Assembly: GCA_963719135.1 (NCBI GenBank)
Contig: CAVRAZ010000006.1
Span: 116,686-140,685 of the forward strand
Source of the DNA: an uncultured Gammaproteobacteria bacterium
GTDB taxonomy: Bacteria > Pseudomonadota > Gammaproteobacteria > DSM-19610
Length of the DNA: 24,000 bases
Reading direction: 5' to 3'
The translations under genes and the position numbers were made by a program. A model generated the notes under the pieces. The model was given only the letters and a program-made list of their open reading frames with translations. It had not been told where the DNA came from and ran no database searches. This document shows, piece by piece, positions 8,921 through 15,839 of this stretch (within the stretch, counting starts at the first letter, position 1; every line of letters starts with the position of its first letter).

Positions 8921-8944
8921 TAAAAAACCGGGCGCAGGCCCGGC
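8921..8944 (-). terminator. intrinsic terminator of tusA
   Basis: The minus strand reads CCGGGC-CUGC-GCCCGG followed by UUUUUUAUU, 36 nt after the tusA stop. Confidence 0.8.
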
Positions 8945-8979
8945 TTTAGCGAACAGGGGCGTTCGAGGAAACCGCGGGA

Positions 8980-9210
8980 TCAGGCTTTCCTGATCAGAAA
9001 CTCGTACTTTCCGCCCGCTTCCTTCGATTCCAGCAGTTCGTTGCCTGTCTGCTTCGCGAAGGCTTCGAAATCTTTGACCGAACCCGGATCGGTCGCGATA
9101 ATTCGCAGGACTTTTCCGCTTGCAATGTTGCCCAGGGCTTTCTTGGCGCGCAGAATCGGCAAGGGACAGTTCAAACCGGACGCATCCAGTTCTTCATCGT
9201 AGTTGGCCAT
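8980..9210 (-). CDS. tusA: TusA-family sulfurtransferase (SirA/YedF/YeeD-like)
   Basis: 76 aa with the diagnostic LDASGLNCPLPILRAKKAL (CPxP active-site Cys) motif. GAGGAG lies 8 nt upstream of the ATG. Confidence 0.85.
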   Translation of the reverse strand: MANYDEELDASGLNCPLPILRAKKALGNIASGKVLRIIATDPGSVKDFEAFAKQTGNELLESKEAGGKYEFLIRKA

Positions 9211-9272
9211 AAGTCAAACTCCTCAGGACATAATTTAGCTGGTACGGGTTTCTTATTTTCCGAGAGCGCCTC

Positions 9273-9301
9273 TTTATAAGTGAACATGCAACCAAACGCA
9301 A
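9273..9301 (-). promoter_or_regulatory. candidate sigma-70 promoter of tusA (TTGCGT-N17-TATAAA)
   Basis: On the minus strand the -35 is at 9301-9296 and the -10 at 9278-9273, with 17-nt spacing, in the A/T-rich tusA upstream region. Sequence match only. Confidence 0.35.
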
Positions 9302-9403
9302 GCTTGCCGAGCGCGCAGGAATGGGCATCATAGGACGGAAACTCCCGGTTCATTAGTCGAAAGTGCGCCGGGAAGGGTTTGAGAAATCAGAGACATCCTA
9401 TTG

Positions 9404-9450
9404 TATAAAATAAAATTATCCGGCCCGGCGGGGTCGGTCCCGCCAGGCCG
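9404..9450 (-). terminator. strong orphan intrinsic terminator with no annotated upstream gene on this strand
   Basis: The minus strand reads CGGCCUGGCGGG-ACCGAC-CCCGCCGGGCCG (12-bp stem with one G.U pair) followed by GAUAAUUUUAUUUUAUA. On the plus strand the stem is not followed by a U tract. Confidence 0.6.
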
Positions 9451-9680
9451 ATGCGGCTGCAACCAAAAGGCCGCTCCCCTGTCAAACAACGGGCCCGGTT
9501 TCAGGTGGAAGCGGGCCGCCGGGCGGCCGTGAGATCACCGCCGCCGGCACGGGCTTTTACAATCGGTACCGGTCTTTATCTATCCGCCCAATACCTTCAT
9601 GCATCAGCCCGGCGTACCATCGGGTCCGGACCTTCAGCTCACCACGGCCGACTGATGCCCCACCCGGAAACCTAAGCGCT

Positions 9681-11165
9681 ATGCGACGATCTTCTCCCCG
9701 ACCTCCCGAACACCGCCGGTGGCCCGGCTGGGGAATCCTCGTCCTCACCGCCGTCGTCTGCGGCGGCGCAGACCTGGCGCTGGCCGGCGTGTCCGTCACC
9801 GATCTGCCGGAAATCGGCGATTCGTCCGGCGCCTTCCTGAGCCCCATCGAAGAGGACAAGCTGGGCAAGGAATTTCTGCGCAGCGTGCGCCAGCAGGCGC
9901 GCCTGATCGAGGACCCGGACGTCAACGCCTATCTGGACAGCCTTGGCCAGCGCCTGGCCGCGGCCTCCGGCGATCCGTCGCGCACCTTCACCTTTTTTCT
10001 GGTGGATGACGCCGCCATCAACGCCTTCGCGGGACCGGGCGGCGTCATCGGCGTAAACACCGGCCTGATCGACGCCGCGGAAAACGAGAGCGAACTCGCC
10101 GCCGTACTGGCGCACGAAATCGCGCACGTCACGCAGCGCCATCTGATCCGCGCCTACGAGGCGCAGAACCGGCTGAGCCTGCCGACCACGGCGGCCATCA
10201 TCGCTGCGGTCCTGCTCGGCGTGGCGACCAACGCGGATGCCGGCATCGCCGCCGTGTCCGCGATCCAGGCCGGCAGCCTGCAATACCAGATCAATTTCAC
10301 GCGCGACAATGAAAAAGAGGCCGACCGCATCGGCATGCAGTCCATGCGTTCCGCCGGCATCGACCCGTTCGGCATGTCCAGCTTTTTCGAACGCCTGCAG
10401 CGCTCGACGCGCCTCTATGGCGAGGGTCTCCCGGAATTCCTGAGCACCCACCCGGTCACCACCGACCGTATCGCCGAAGCGGCCAGCCGCGCCCAGGAGA
10501 TCGGACACGGCGGCACCCGCGACAGCCGCGAATTTCAGCTTGCGCGCGCGCGTCTGGCGGTGCTCGAAAGCCGCGATCCGCAAACGACCCTGCGTTACTT
10601 CCAGAATCGCGTGAAGGAACAGCCGGATTCGGCCCATGACCGCTACGGCCTGGCGCTGGCGCTGGAACGGTCCGGTGACACCGACGCGGCGCGGAAAATC
10701 TTCGAGGCGCTGCGCAAGTCCGACCCCGACAGAATCCTCTACCGCACCGGACTGGCCGATCTCGACCTCGAACACGGGCAGCCGGACCAGGCATTGAAGC
10801 TGCTCGACGGAACGCTGGCGCTGTACCCGGGCGACGTGACCGTGTCGATTCACTACGCCGGGGCGCTGATGCGCACCGGTCACGCCGAGCAGGCGCGCAA
10901 GATGCTGCAGCATCTGCTGGAAAAACCGCGCGCCCAGACGCCCGAGATCTATGCACTCCTGGCGCGCGCGGCCGAAGCCGCCGGCCAGCGCTGGCAGGCG
11001 CGTCAGGCCACCGCGGAAATGTATTTTCTGAACGGCCAGACCAAGGCGGCCGTGCAACAGCTCGAGCAGGCGCTGGAAGCGCGCGACCTCGACTACTACA
11101 CGCGCTCGGCGCTCGAAGCGCGGCTGAAGGAGTTCAAGGATATTGCGCAAAGCGAAAAGCCGTGA
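9681..11165 (+). CDS. bepA: periplasmic M48-family metalloprotease with TPR domain (BepA/YfgC-like)
   Basis: 494 aa. Signal-like N-terminus, then LPEIGDSSGAFLSPIEEDKLGKEF, the zinc motif HEIAHVTQRH, a downstream EKEADRIG, and a TPR-like C-terminal half. Confidence 0.85.
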   Translation: MRRSSPRPPEHRRWPGWGILVLTAVVCGGADLALAGVSVTDLPEIGDSSGAFLSPIEEDKLGKEFLRSVRQQARLIEDPDVNAYLDSLGQRLAAASGDPSRTFTFFLVDDAAINAFAGPGGVIGVNTGLIDAAENESELAAVLAHEIAHVTQRHLIRAYEAQNRLSLPTTAAIIAAVLLGVATNADAGIAAVSAIQAGSLQYQINFTRDNEKEADRIGMQSMRSAGIDPFGMSSFFERLQRSTRLYGEGLPEFLSTHPVTTDRIAEAASRAQEIGHGGTRDSREFQLARARLAVLESRDPQTTLRYFQNRVKEQPDSAHDRYGLALALERSGDTDAARKIFEALRKSDPDRILYRTGLADLDLEHGQPDQALKLLDGTLALYPGDVTVSIHYAGALMRTGHAEQARKMLQHLLEKPRAQTPEIYALLARAAEAAGQRWQARQATAEMYFLNGQTKAAVQQLEQALEARDLDYYTRSALEARLKEFKDIAQSEKP

Positions 11166-11304
11166 CACCCCGCGGGCGGAATAATTTCACGAAACCCCGC
11201 GTCTTGACCACGAATCGATCTTGCCGGCGAGACCTAATCGGGGGCCGCTGATAAGGTTGCGCCCGACCGGCCCCGGCAAAGCGACTCGTTGCACGCCGTC
11301 GGTT

Positions 11305-11333
11305 TTGACTCGGTTTTACGCCCACGCTATAGT
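11305..11333 (+). promoter_or_regulatory. near-consensus sigma-70 promoter (TTGACT-N17-TATAGT), likely the sox operon promoter
   Basis: -35 at 11305-11310 and -10 at 11328-11333 with exactly 17-nt spacing, each 5/6 to consensus. The predicted start near 11340 gives a ~308-nt leader before soxX. Confidence 0.5.
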
Positions 11334-11425
11334 GAGTGAGCGTATGCCTATGAACTTCGGGTAACTTTTTGGCATTTTGCAAGGCCGGCATCCACCCGCG
11401 GGCGTGCCGCCGCCGTGAAAACGTT

Positions 11426-11605
11426 TAGCCCGCATTGCTCACCGGGTTTCGTCGCGAGGCGGTTCAGGTCGTGTGATGCCAGGCGTTCGTGACCGAGGCC
11501 GCGCAGGCGTAGCTGACACTACGTTGAGCAGCCCGACCGAGCGAACGCCTGGCAGCGCGCGGCATGACGCCGTCGCAGCAGGAACTCGGTGAGCAATGCG
11601 GGCTA
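11426..11605. repeat. 180-bp imperfect palindrome (MITE-like / long leader hairpin) with 19-bp perfect terminal inverted repeats
   Basis: TAGCCCGCATTGCTCACCG (11426-11444) is the exact reverse complement of 11587-11605. A second perfect 12-bp pair (GCCAGGCGTTCG 11478-11489 / CGAACGCCTGGC 11542-11553) and an apical 5-bp hairpin (11508-11523) share the same symmetry axis (paired positions sum to 23031). Confidence 0.6.
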
Positions 11606-11647
11606 GCACCTCGACTCACTGCAAGAGACCGCGTAAGGAGGATAACG

Positions 11648-12025
11648 ATGCGGAATACAACCGGTGTCCTTAGCACGGCCTGTTCAGCGCTGGCGCTCGC
11701 CGGCAGTCTGAGCCTGGCCGCCACGGCGTTCGCCGCCGAGCCCCAGGAGGCCAGCGTAGTGGACCAGGGCAAGGAAATCGCCTTCGACAGATCCAAGGGC
11801 AACTGCCTCGCCTGCCACATGATCGAGGGCGGCACGCTGCCGGGCAACATCGGACCGCCGCTGGTCGGCATGAAGGCGCGCTTCCCCGACAAAGCCAAAC
11901 TCAGGGCGCAGATCTGGGATTCCACCAAGGCCAAACCCAACTCGATCATGCCGCCGTTCGGACGCCACAAGATTCTGACCGAGAGCGAAATCGACAAAGT
12001 CGTCGAATTCATCTACACACTTTGA
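11648..12025 (+). CDS. soxX: SoxX, monohaem cytochrome c subunit of SoxAX
   Basis: The ATG at 11648 is preceded by AAGGAGGA. Signal peptide, single CLACH haem motif and a downstream MPPFG. The N-terminal extension in the ORF track (from 11564) lies inside the palindrome and is unlikely to be real. Confidence 0.85.
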   Translation: MRNTTGVLSTACSALALAGSLSLAATAFAAEPQEASVVDQGKEIAFDRSKGNCLACHMIEGGTLPGNIGPPLVGMKARFPDKAKLRAQIWDSTKAKPNSIMPPFGRHKILTESEIDKVVEFIYTL

Positions 12026-12058
12026 GACGCGCCGCTGGAGAACTTAGGAGACACGCTC

Positions 12059-12532
12059 GTGATTAGTATGAAACGCAGAATATTCCTTCAAGGCTCGCTT
12101 GCCGCCGGTGTCGTGGGCGCGGCCGCGACCGCCGGTTTGCTGGTGCCGACACGGGTTCTGGCGGCGTGGCCGGCCGCCGCGTTCGACGCCAAGAAAGTCG
12201 ACGAGGCACTCAACGCGCTGGTCGGCTCCGCCGCCAGCGAGGCTTCGGGCAAGATAACCATCAAGGCCCCCGACATCGCCGAGAACGGCTCAGTGGTACC
12301 GGTCACGGTAACGGCCGATCTTCCCGGCGTAACCTCGATCAGCATCGTTGCCGAGAACAATCCAAGCCCGCTGACCGCGTCGTTCGAATTGGGCAAGGGT
12401 ACCGAAGGCTACGTCGCCACCCGCATCAAGATGGGCAAGACCTCCAACGTCATCGCCGTGGTCAAGGCCGGCGGCAAGCTGTACAGCGCGAAGAAAGAGG
12501 TCAAGGTAACGATCGGCGGCTGCGGCGGTTGA
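12059..12532 (+). CDS. soxY: SoxY, sulfur carrier protein
   Basis: Tat-type signal (KRRIFLQG) and the diagnostic C-terminal GGCGG swinging-arm motif. The GTG start at 12059 lies 7 nt after AGGAGA; the ATG at 12068 is an alternative. Confidence 0.9.
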   Translation: MISMKRRIFLQGSLAAGVVGAAATAGLLVPTRVLAAWPAAAFDAKKVDEALNALVGSAASEASGKITIKAPDIAENGSVVPVTVTADLPGVTSISIVAENNPSPLTASFELGKGTEGYVATRIKMGKTSNVIAVVKAGGKLYSAKKEVKVTIGGCGG

Positions 12533-12583
12533 CCGCACCGCTTTCGGCAGCCACTGACTTAGGGTTTTTCAAGAGGACAGATC

Positions 12584-12901
12584 ATGTCATCAATCAAGAT
12601 TCGAGCGAATATCGAAGGCGACGCAACCGTCGTCAAGGCGCTGATCAGCCACCCGATGGAAACCGGCCAGCAGAAGGACAAGAAAACCGGCGAACTCATA
12701 CCAGCGCACTTCATTCAGGAAGTCACCTGCGAACACAATGGCACTACGGTGCTGACCGCACTGTGGGGGACGGCGATTTCCAAGAACCCGTACCTGTCTT
12801 TCAAGTTCAAGGGCGCGAAAGCCGGCGACACCGTCAAACTGAGCTGGGTGGACAACCAGGGCAACACGGACACCGACGAAACCAGCGTCGGCGTATCCTG
12901 A
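12584..12901 (+). CDS. soxZ: SoxZ, partner of SoxY
   Basis: 105 aa (MSSIKIRA...ALISHPMETGQ...IPAHFIQEV...NPYLSFKF) immediately after soxY. Confidence 0.9.
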   Translation: MSSIKIRANIEGDATVVKALISHPMETGQQKDKKTGELIPAHFIQEVTCEHNGTTVLTALWGTAISKNPYLSFKFKGAKAGDTVKLSWVDNQGNTDTDETSVGVS

Positions 12902-12954
12902 CCGAAGCGGAACCCAAGGACTCGAAACACCATCAATCCGGAGGTGTAATACCT

Positions 12955-13782
12955 ATGAAAGCTTTTCTGACCCTCGGTACGGTTCTCGCTCTCCTCACGG
13001 CAGGAGCGGTTTCCGCAGATCCCCAGGAAGACCTGAAATCCTTCCGCGACTACTACGCCAAGCGGTTTCCCAACGTGCCGTTCGAAGACTTCAACAACGG
13101 CGTCTACGCGATCGACAAGGCATCGCGCGAGCAGTGGGAAGCCATCGAGGAATTTCCGCCCTACGAACTGAACATCGAAAACGGCGAGAAACTCTTCAAC
13201 ACGCCGTTCGCCAACGGCAAGACGTACGCAAGCTGCTTCAAGAACGGCGGCAAGGGCATCCGGCAGGACTACCCCTACTTCGACAAGGCCAGCGGTCAGG
13301 TCGTCACGCTGGAACTCGCGATAAACCAGTGCCGCGAGGCGAACGGCGAAAAGGCGCTGCCCTGGAAGAAAGGCGACATCGCCGACATCTCGGCGTACAT
13401 GGCCCACACCTCGCGCGGCAACAAGTTCGACGTCAAAGTGGACGATCCGGGCGCGGTGAAAGCGTACGAAGACGGCAAGCGGAGTTTCTATATCAAGCGC
13501 GGCCAGTTGAACATGTCGTGCGCCGACTGCCACCAGTGGAACGCGGGCAACCGGATCCGCGCCGATATTCTGAGTCCGGCGATCGGGCACACCACGCACT
13601 TCCCCACCTATCGCTCGAAGTGGGGCGAGCTGGGCACGCTGCATCGGCGTTACGGCGGCTGCAACGAGCAGGTCCGTGCCAAGGCCTATCCGGCGCAGAG
13701 CCCGGAATACCGGGATCTGGAGTTCTTCGAGACTTACATGAGCAACGGCCTGGCGGTCAACGGCCCCGGCGCTCGCAAGTAA
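12955..13782 (+). CDS. soxA: SoxA, monohaem-type cytochrome c subunit of SoxAX
   Basis: The real start is the ATG at 12955 after GGAGGTG, followed by a signal peptide MKAFLTLGTVLALLTAGAVSA. There is one CADCH haem motif and the conserved GGCNEQV cysteine. The N-terminal haem site of dihaem SoxA is absent (ASCFKNGG). Confidence 0.9.
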   Translation: MKAFLTLGTVLALLTAGAVSADPQEDLKSFRDYYAKRFPNVPFEDFNNGVYAIDKASREQWEAIEEFPPYELNIENGEKLFNTPFANGKTYASCFKNGGKGIRQDYPYFDKASGQVVTLELAINQCREANGEKALPWKKGDIADISAYMAHTSRGNKFDVKVDDPGAVKAYEDGKRSFYIKRGQLNMSCADCHQWNAGNRIRADILSPAIGHTTHFPTYRSKWGELGTLHRRYGGCNEQVRAKAYPAQSPEYRDLEFFETYMSNGLAVNGPGARK

Positions 13783-13794
13783 GTCAGCCCAATA

Positions 13795-13817
13795 AGCCCG
13801 GTCCTCCGGGCTTTTTT
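13795..13817 (+). terminator. intrinsic terminator between soxA and soxB
   Basis: AGCCCGG-UCCU-CCGGGCU followed by UUUUU, 13 nt after the soxA stop. Confidence 0.8.
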
Positions 13818-13880
13818 AACCTGACAGCCGCCGCGGTCGCTTGCCGCGGCCTGCTGGAAACCCCAAGTCAGGACACTGCA

Positions 13881-15632
13881 ATGAACATTTCCCGCCGAGA
13901 ATTCATGCAAATGCTGGCGGTCGCCGGCGCCTCCGGCATCTCGCTGGTCGGGTGCGGCGTGCCCGACCGGAAATACATGCGCGCCGCCGAGGCGTCCGCC
14001 GCATCCGGTTCGCCCTACGAGTTTCCGGCGTTCGGCAACGTCTCGCTGATGCACTACACGGACTGTCACGCGCAGCTTCTGCCGGTCTGGTTCCGCGAAC
14101 CGAGCATCAACATCGGCGTCGGCGACATGCTGGGCAAGCCCCCTCACCTGGTCGGCGACCGGTTCCTCAGGTTCTACGGCATCGCGCCCGGCTCCGCCGA
14201 GGCGCATGCGTTCACCTGCCTGGACTACACCGAGGCGGCGCGGAAATTCGGCAAGGTCGGCGGCTTCGCGCACCTGCGTACGCTGGTGAAGAAGGTGCGC
14301 GAACAGCGCCCCGGCGCGCCGCTGCTGGACGGCGGCGACACCTGGCAGGGCTCCGGCACGTCGCTGTGGACCAAGGCACAGGACATGGTCGATGCCCAGA
14401 AACTGCTCGGCGTCGACATCATGACCCCGCACTGGGAAATGACCTACGGCGCGCAACGCGTCAAGGAAATCATCGACAAGGATTTCGCCGGCAGCATCGA
14501 CTTCGTCGCGCAGAACATCATCGACAACGAATGGGGTGAAGCGGTCTTCGAACCCTACGTCATCCGTGAAATCAACGGCATTCCCACCGCGGTCATCGGC
14601 CAGGCATTCCCCTATACGCCGATCGCCAATCCGCGCTACCTGATCCCGGACTGGAGCTTCGGCATCCGCGACGACCGCATGCAGCAGATGGTCGACGAGG
14701 CCCGTTCCAAAGGCGCGCAGGTCGTCATCGTGCTGTCGCACAACGGCATGGACGTCGATCTGAAAATGGCGTCGCGGGTCACCGGCGTCGACGCGATCAT
14801 GGGCGGTCACACGCACGACGCGGTGCCCAAGGCGGTCGAGATCGCCAACGCCGGCGGCAAGACGCTGGTGACCAACGCGGGGTCGAACGGCAAGTTCCTC
14901 AGCCTGCTCGATCTGGACGTCAGGAACGGCAAGATCCGCGACTACCGCTACCGGCTGATCCCGGTGTTCTCCAATCTGCTGGAAGCGGATGCGGACATGG
15001 CGTCCTATGTCGAGAAGGTGCGCGCGCCCTACCTCGACAAACTGAACGAGAAGCTGGCGGTCACCGACGACCTGCTCTACCGGCGCGGCAACTTCAACGG
15101 CACGTTCGACCAGCTTATCTGCGACGCGCTGATGGCCGTACAAGGGGCGCAGATCGCGTTCTCCCCCGGTTTCCGCTGGGGCGTCAGTGTTCTGCCGGGC
15201 GAAGCCATCACCTTCGAGCACGTCATGACGCAGACGGCGATCACCTATCCGACAGCGACGCTGACCAACATGAAAGGCACGATGATCAAGAACGTGCTGG
15301 AAGACGTGGCGGACAACCTGTTCAACAAGGACCCCTACTATCAGCAGGGCGGCGACATGGTGCGCGTCGGCGGTCTGAAGTACGCCATCGATCCCGGCGC
15401 CGACATGGGCTCCCGCATCACGGACATGGAACTGGGCGGCAAACCCATCGACCCCGACAAGGAATATTCCGTCGCCGGCTGGGCGGCGGTCGGCCAGCCG
15501 CTGGAAGGCCGTCCCGTGTGGGACGTGGTAGCGGAATACCTGCGCGGTCAGGATGTCGTGCGCATCGGCGATCTCAACGAGCCGGTGATCAAGGGCGCGG
15601 AAAGCAACGCCGGTTATGCGCGCGACTGTTGA
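13881..15632 (+). CDS. soxB: SoxB, thiosulfohydrolase (dimanganese 5'-nucleotidase/metallophosphatase family)
   Basis: The real start is the ATG at 13881 with a Tat signal (MNISRREFMQMLAVAGA). Metallophosphatase motifs are present (LMHYTDCHAQ, DGGDTWQGS, SHNG, GGHTHD), followed by a 5'-nucleotidase-type C-terminal domain. Confidence 0.9.
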   Translation: MNISRREFMQMLAVAGASGISLVGCGVPDRKYMRAAEASAASGSPYEFPAFGNVSLMHYTDCHAQLLPVWFREPSINIGVGDMLGKPPHLVGDRFLRFYGIAPGSAEAHAFTCLDYTEAARKFGKVGGFAHLRTLVKKVREQRPGAPLLDGGDTWQGSGTSLWTKAQDMVDAQKLLGVDIMTPHWEMTYGAQRVKEIIDKDFAGSIDFVAQNIIDNEWGEAVFEPYVIREINGIPTAVIGQAFPYTPIANPRYLIPDWSFGIRDDRMQQMVDEARSKGAQVVIVLSHNGMDVDLKMASRVTGVDAIMGGHTHDAVPKAVEIANAGGKTLVTNAGSNGKFLSLLDLDVRNGKIRDYRYRLIPVFSNLLEADADMASYVEKVRAPYLDKLNEKLAVTDDLLYRRGNFNGTFDQLICDALMAVQGAQIAFSPGFRWGVSVLPGEAITFEHVMTQTAITYPTATLTNMKGTMIKNVLEDVADNLFNKDPYYQQGGDMVRVGGLKYAIDPGADMGSRITDMELGGKPIDPDKEYSVAGWAAVGQPLEGRPVWDVVAEYLRGQDVVRIGDLNEPVIKGAESNAGYARDC

Positions 15633-15762
15633 TCGCCGCTGATCGGCGACGACAAGACGGCGCGGCAATGCTCCGCTTTCTCTTGCGCCGGACGCGGCGC
15701 GCGCCGGCAGCACAAGTGCTTCGGGCTCCCGAAGGAGCCCGACAGTCAATAGATATCAGGTG

Positions 15763-15835
15763 TGGGTCGTGTAGGATTCGAACCTACGACCAATTGGTTA
15801 AAAGCCAACTGCTCTACCGACTGAGCTAACGACCC
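15763..15835 (-). tRNA. tRNA-Lys (anticodon UUU); CCA not encoded
   Basis: The minus strand reads GGGTCGTTAGCTCAGTCGGTAGAGCAGTTGGCTTTTAACCAATTGGTCGTAGGTTCGAATCCTACACGACCCA. It folds as a full cloverleaf with anticodon loop CTTTTAA and is almost identical to E. coli tRNA-Lys as I remember it. Confidence 0.95.
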
Positions 15836-15839
15836 CGAA

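Noticed and set aside
9171-9353. 60-aa minus-strand ORF overlapping the tusA start.
   Set aside because: It has no SD and overlaps the tusA promoter, SD and first 40 nt in another frame. Its composition is unremarkable. It is most likely non-coding 5' region.
9451-9675. The region might be a known riboswitch or housekeeping RNA (SRP/4.5S, 6S, TPP, cobalamin). There is also a 74-aa plus-strand ORF here.
   Set aside because: I could not find the conserved cores (SRP GGAA-tetraloop helix 8, the B12 box, TPP CUGAGA/ACCUGA, 6S terminal pairing) by eye. The ORF is Arg/Pro-rich without an SD. It is kept only as an unclassified candidate transcript in the findings.
11320-11345. CTATAGTGAGT, resembling the reverse complement of a T7 promoter (possible vector contamination).
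   Set aside because: Only ~11 nt match. In context TATAGT is the -10 hexamer of a TTGACT-N17-TATAGT sigma-70 promoter.
12166-15632. The ORF track's long forms of soxA (12166..13782) and soxB (13134..15632).
   Set aside because: The N-terminal extensions are Arg-rich and overlap soxY/soxZ/soxA in other frames. Internal ATGs at 12955 and 13881 have an SD and Sec/Tat signal peptides.
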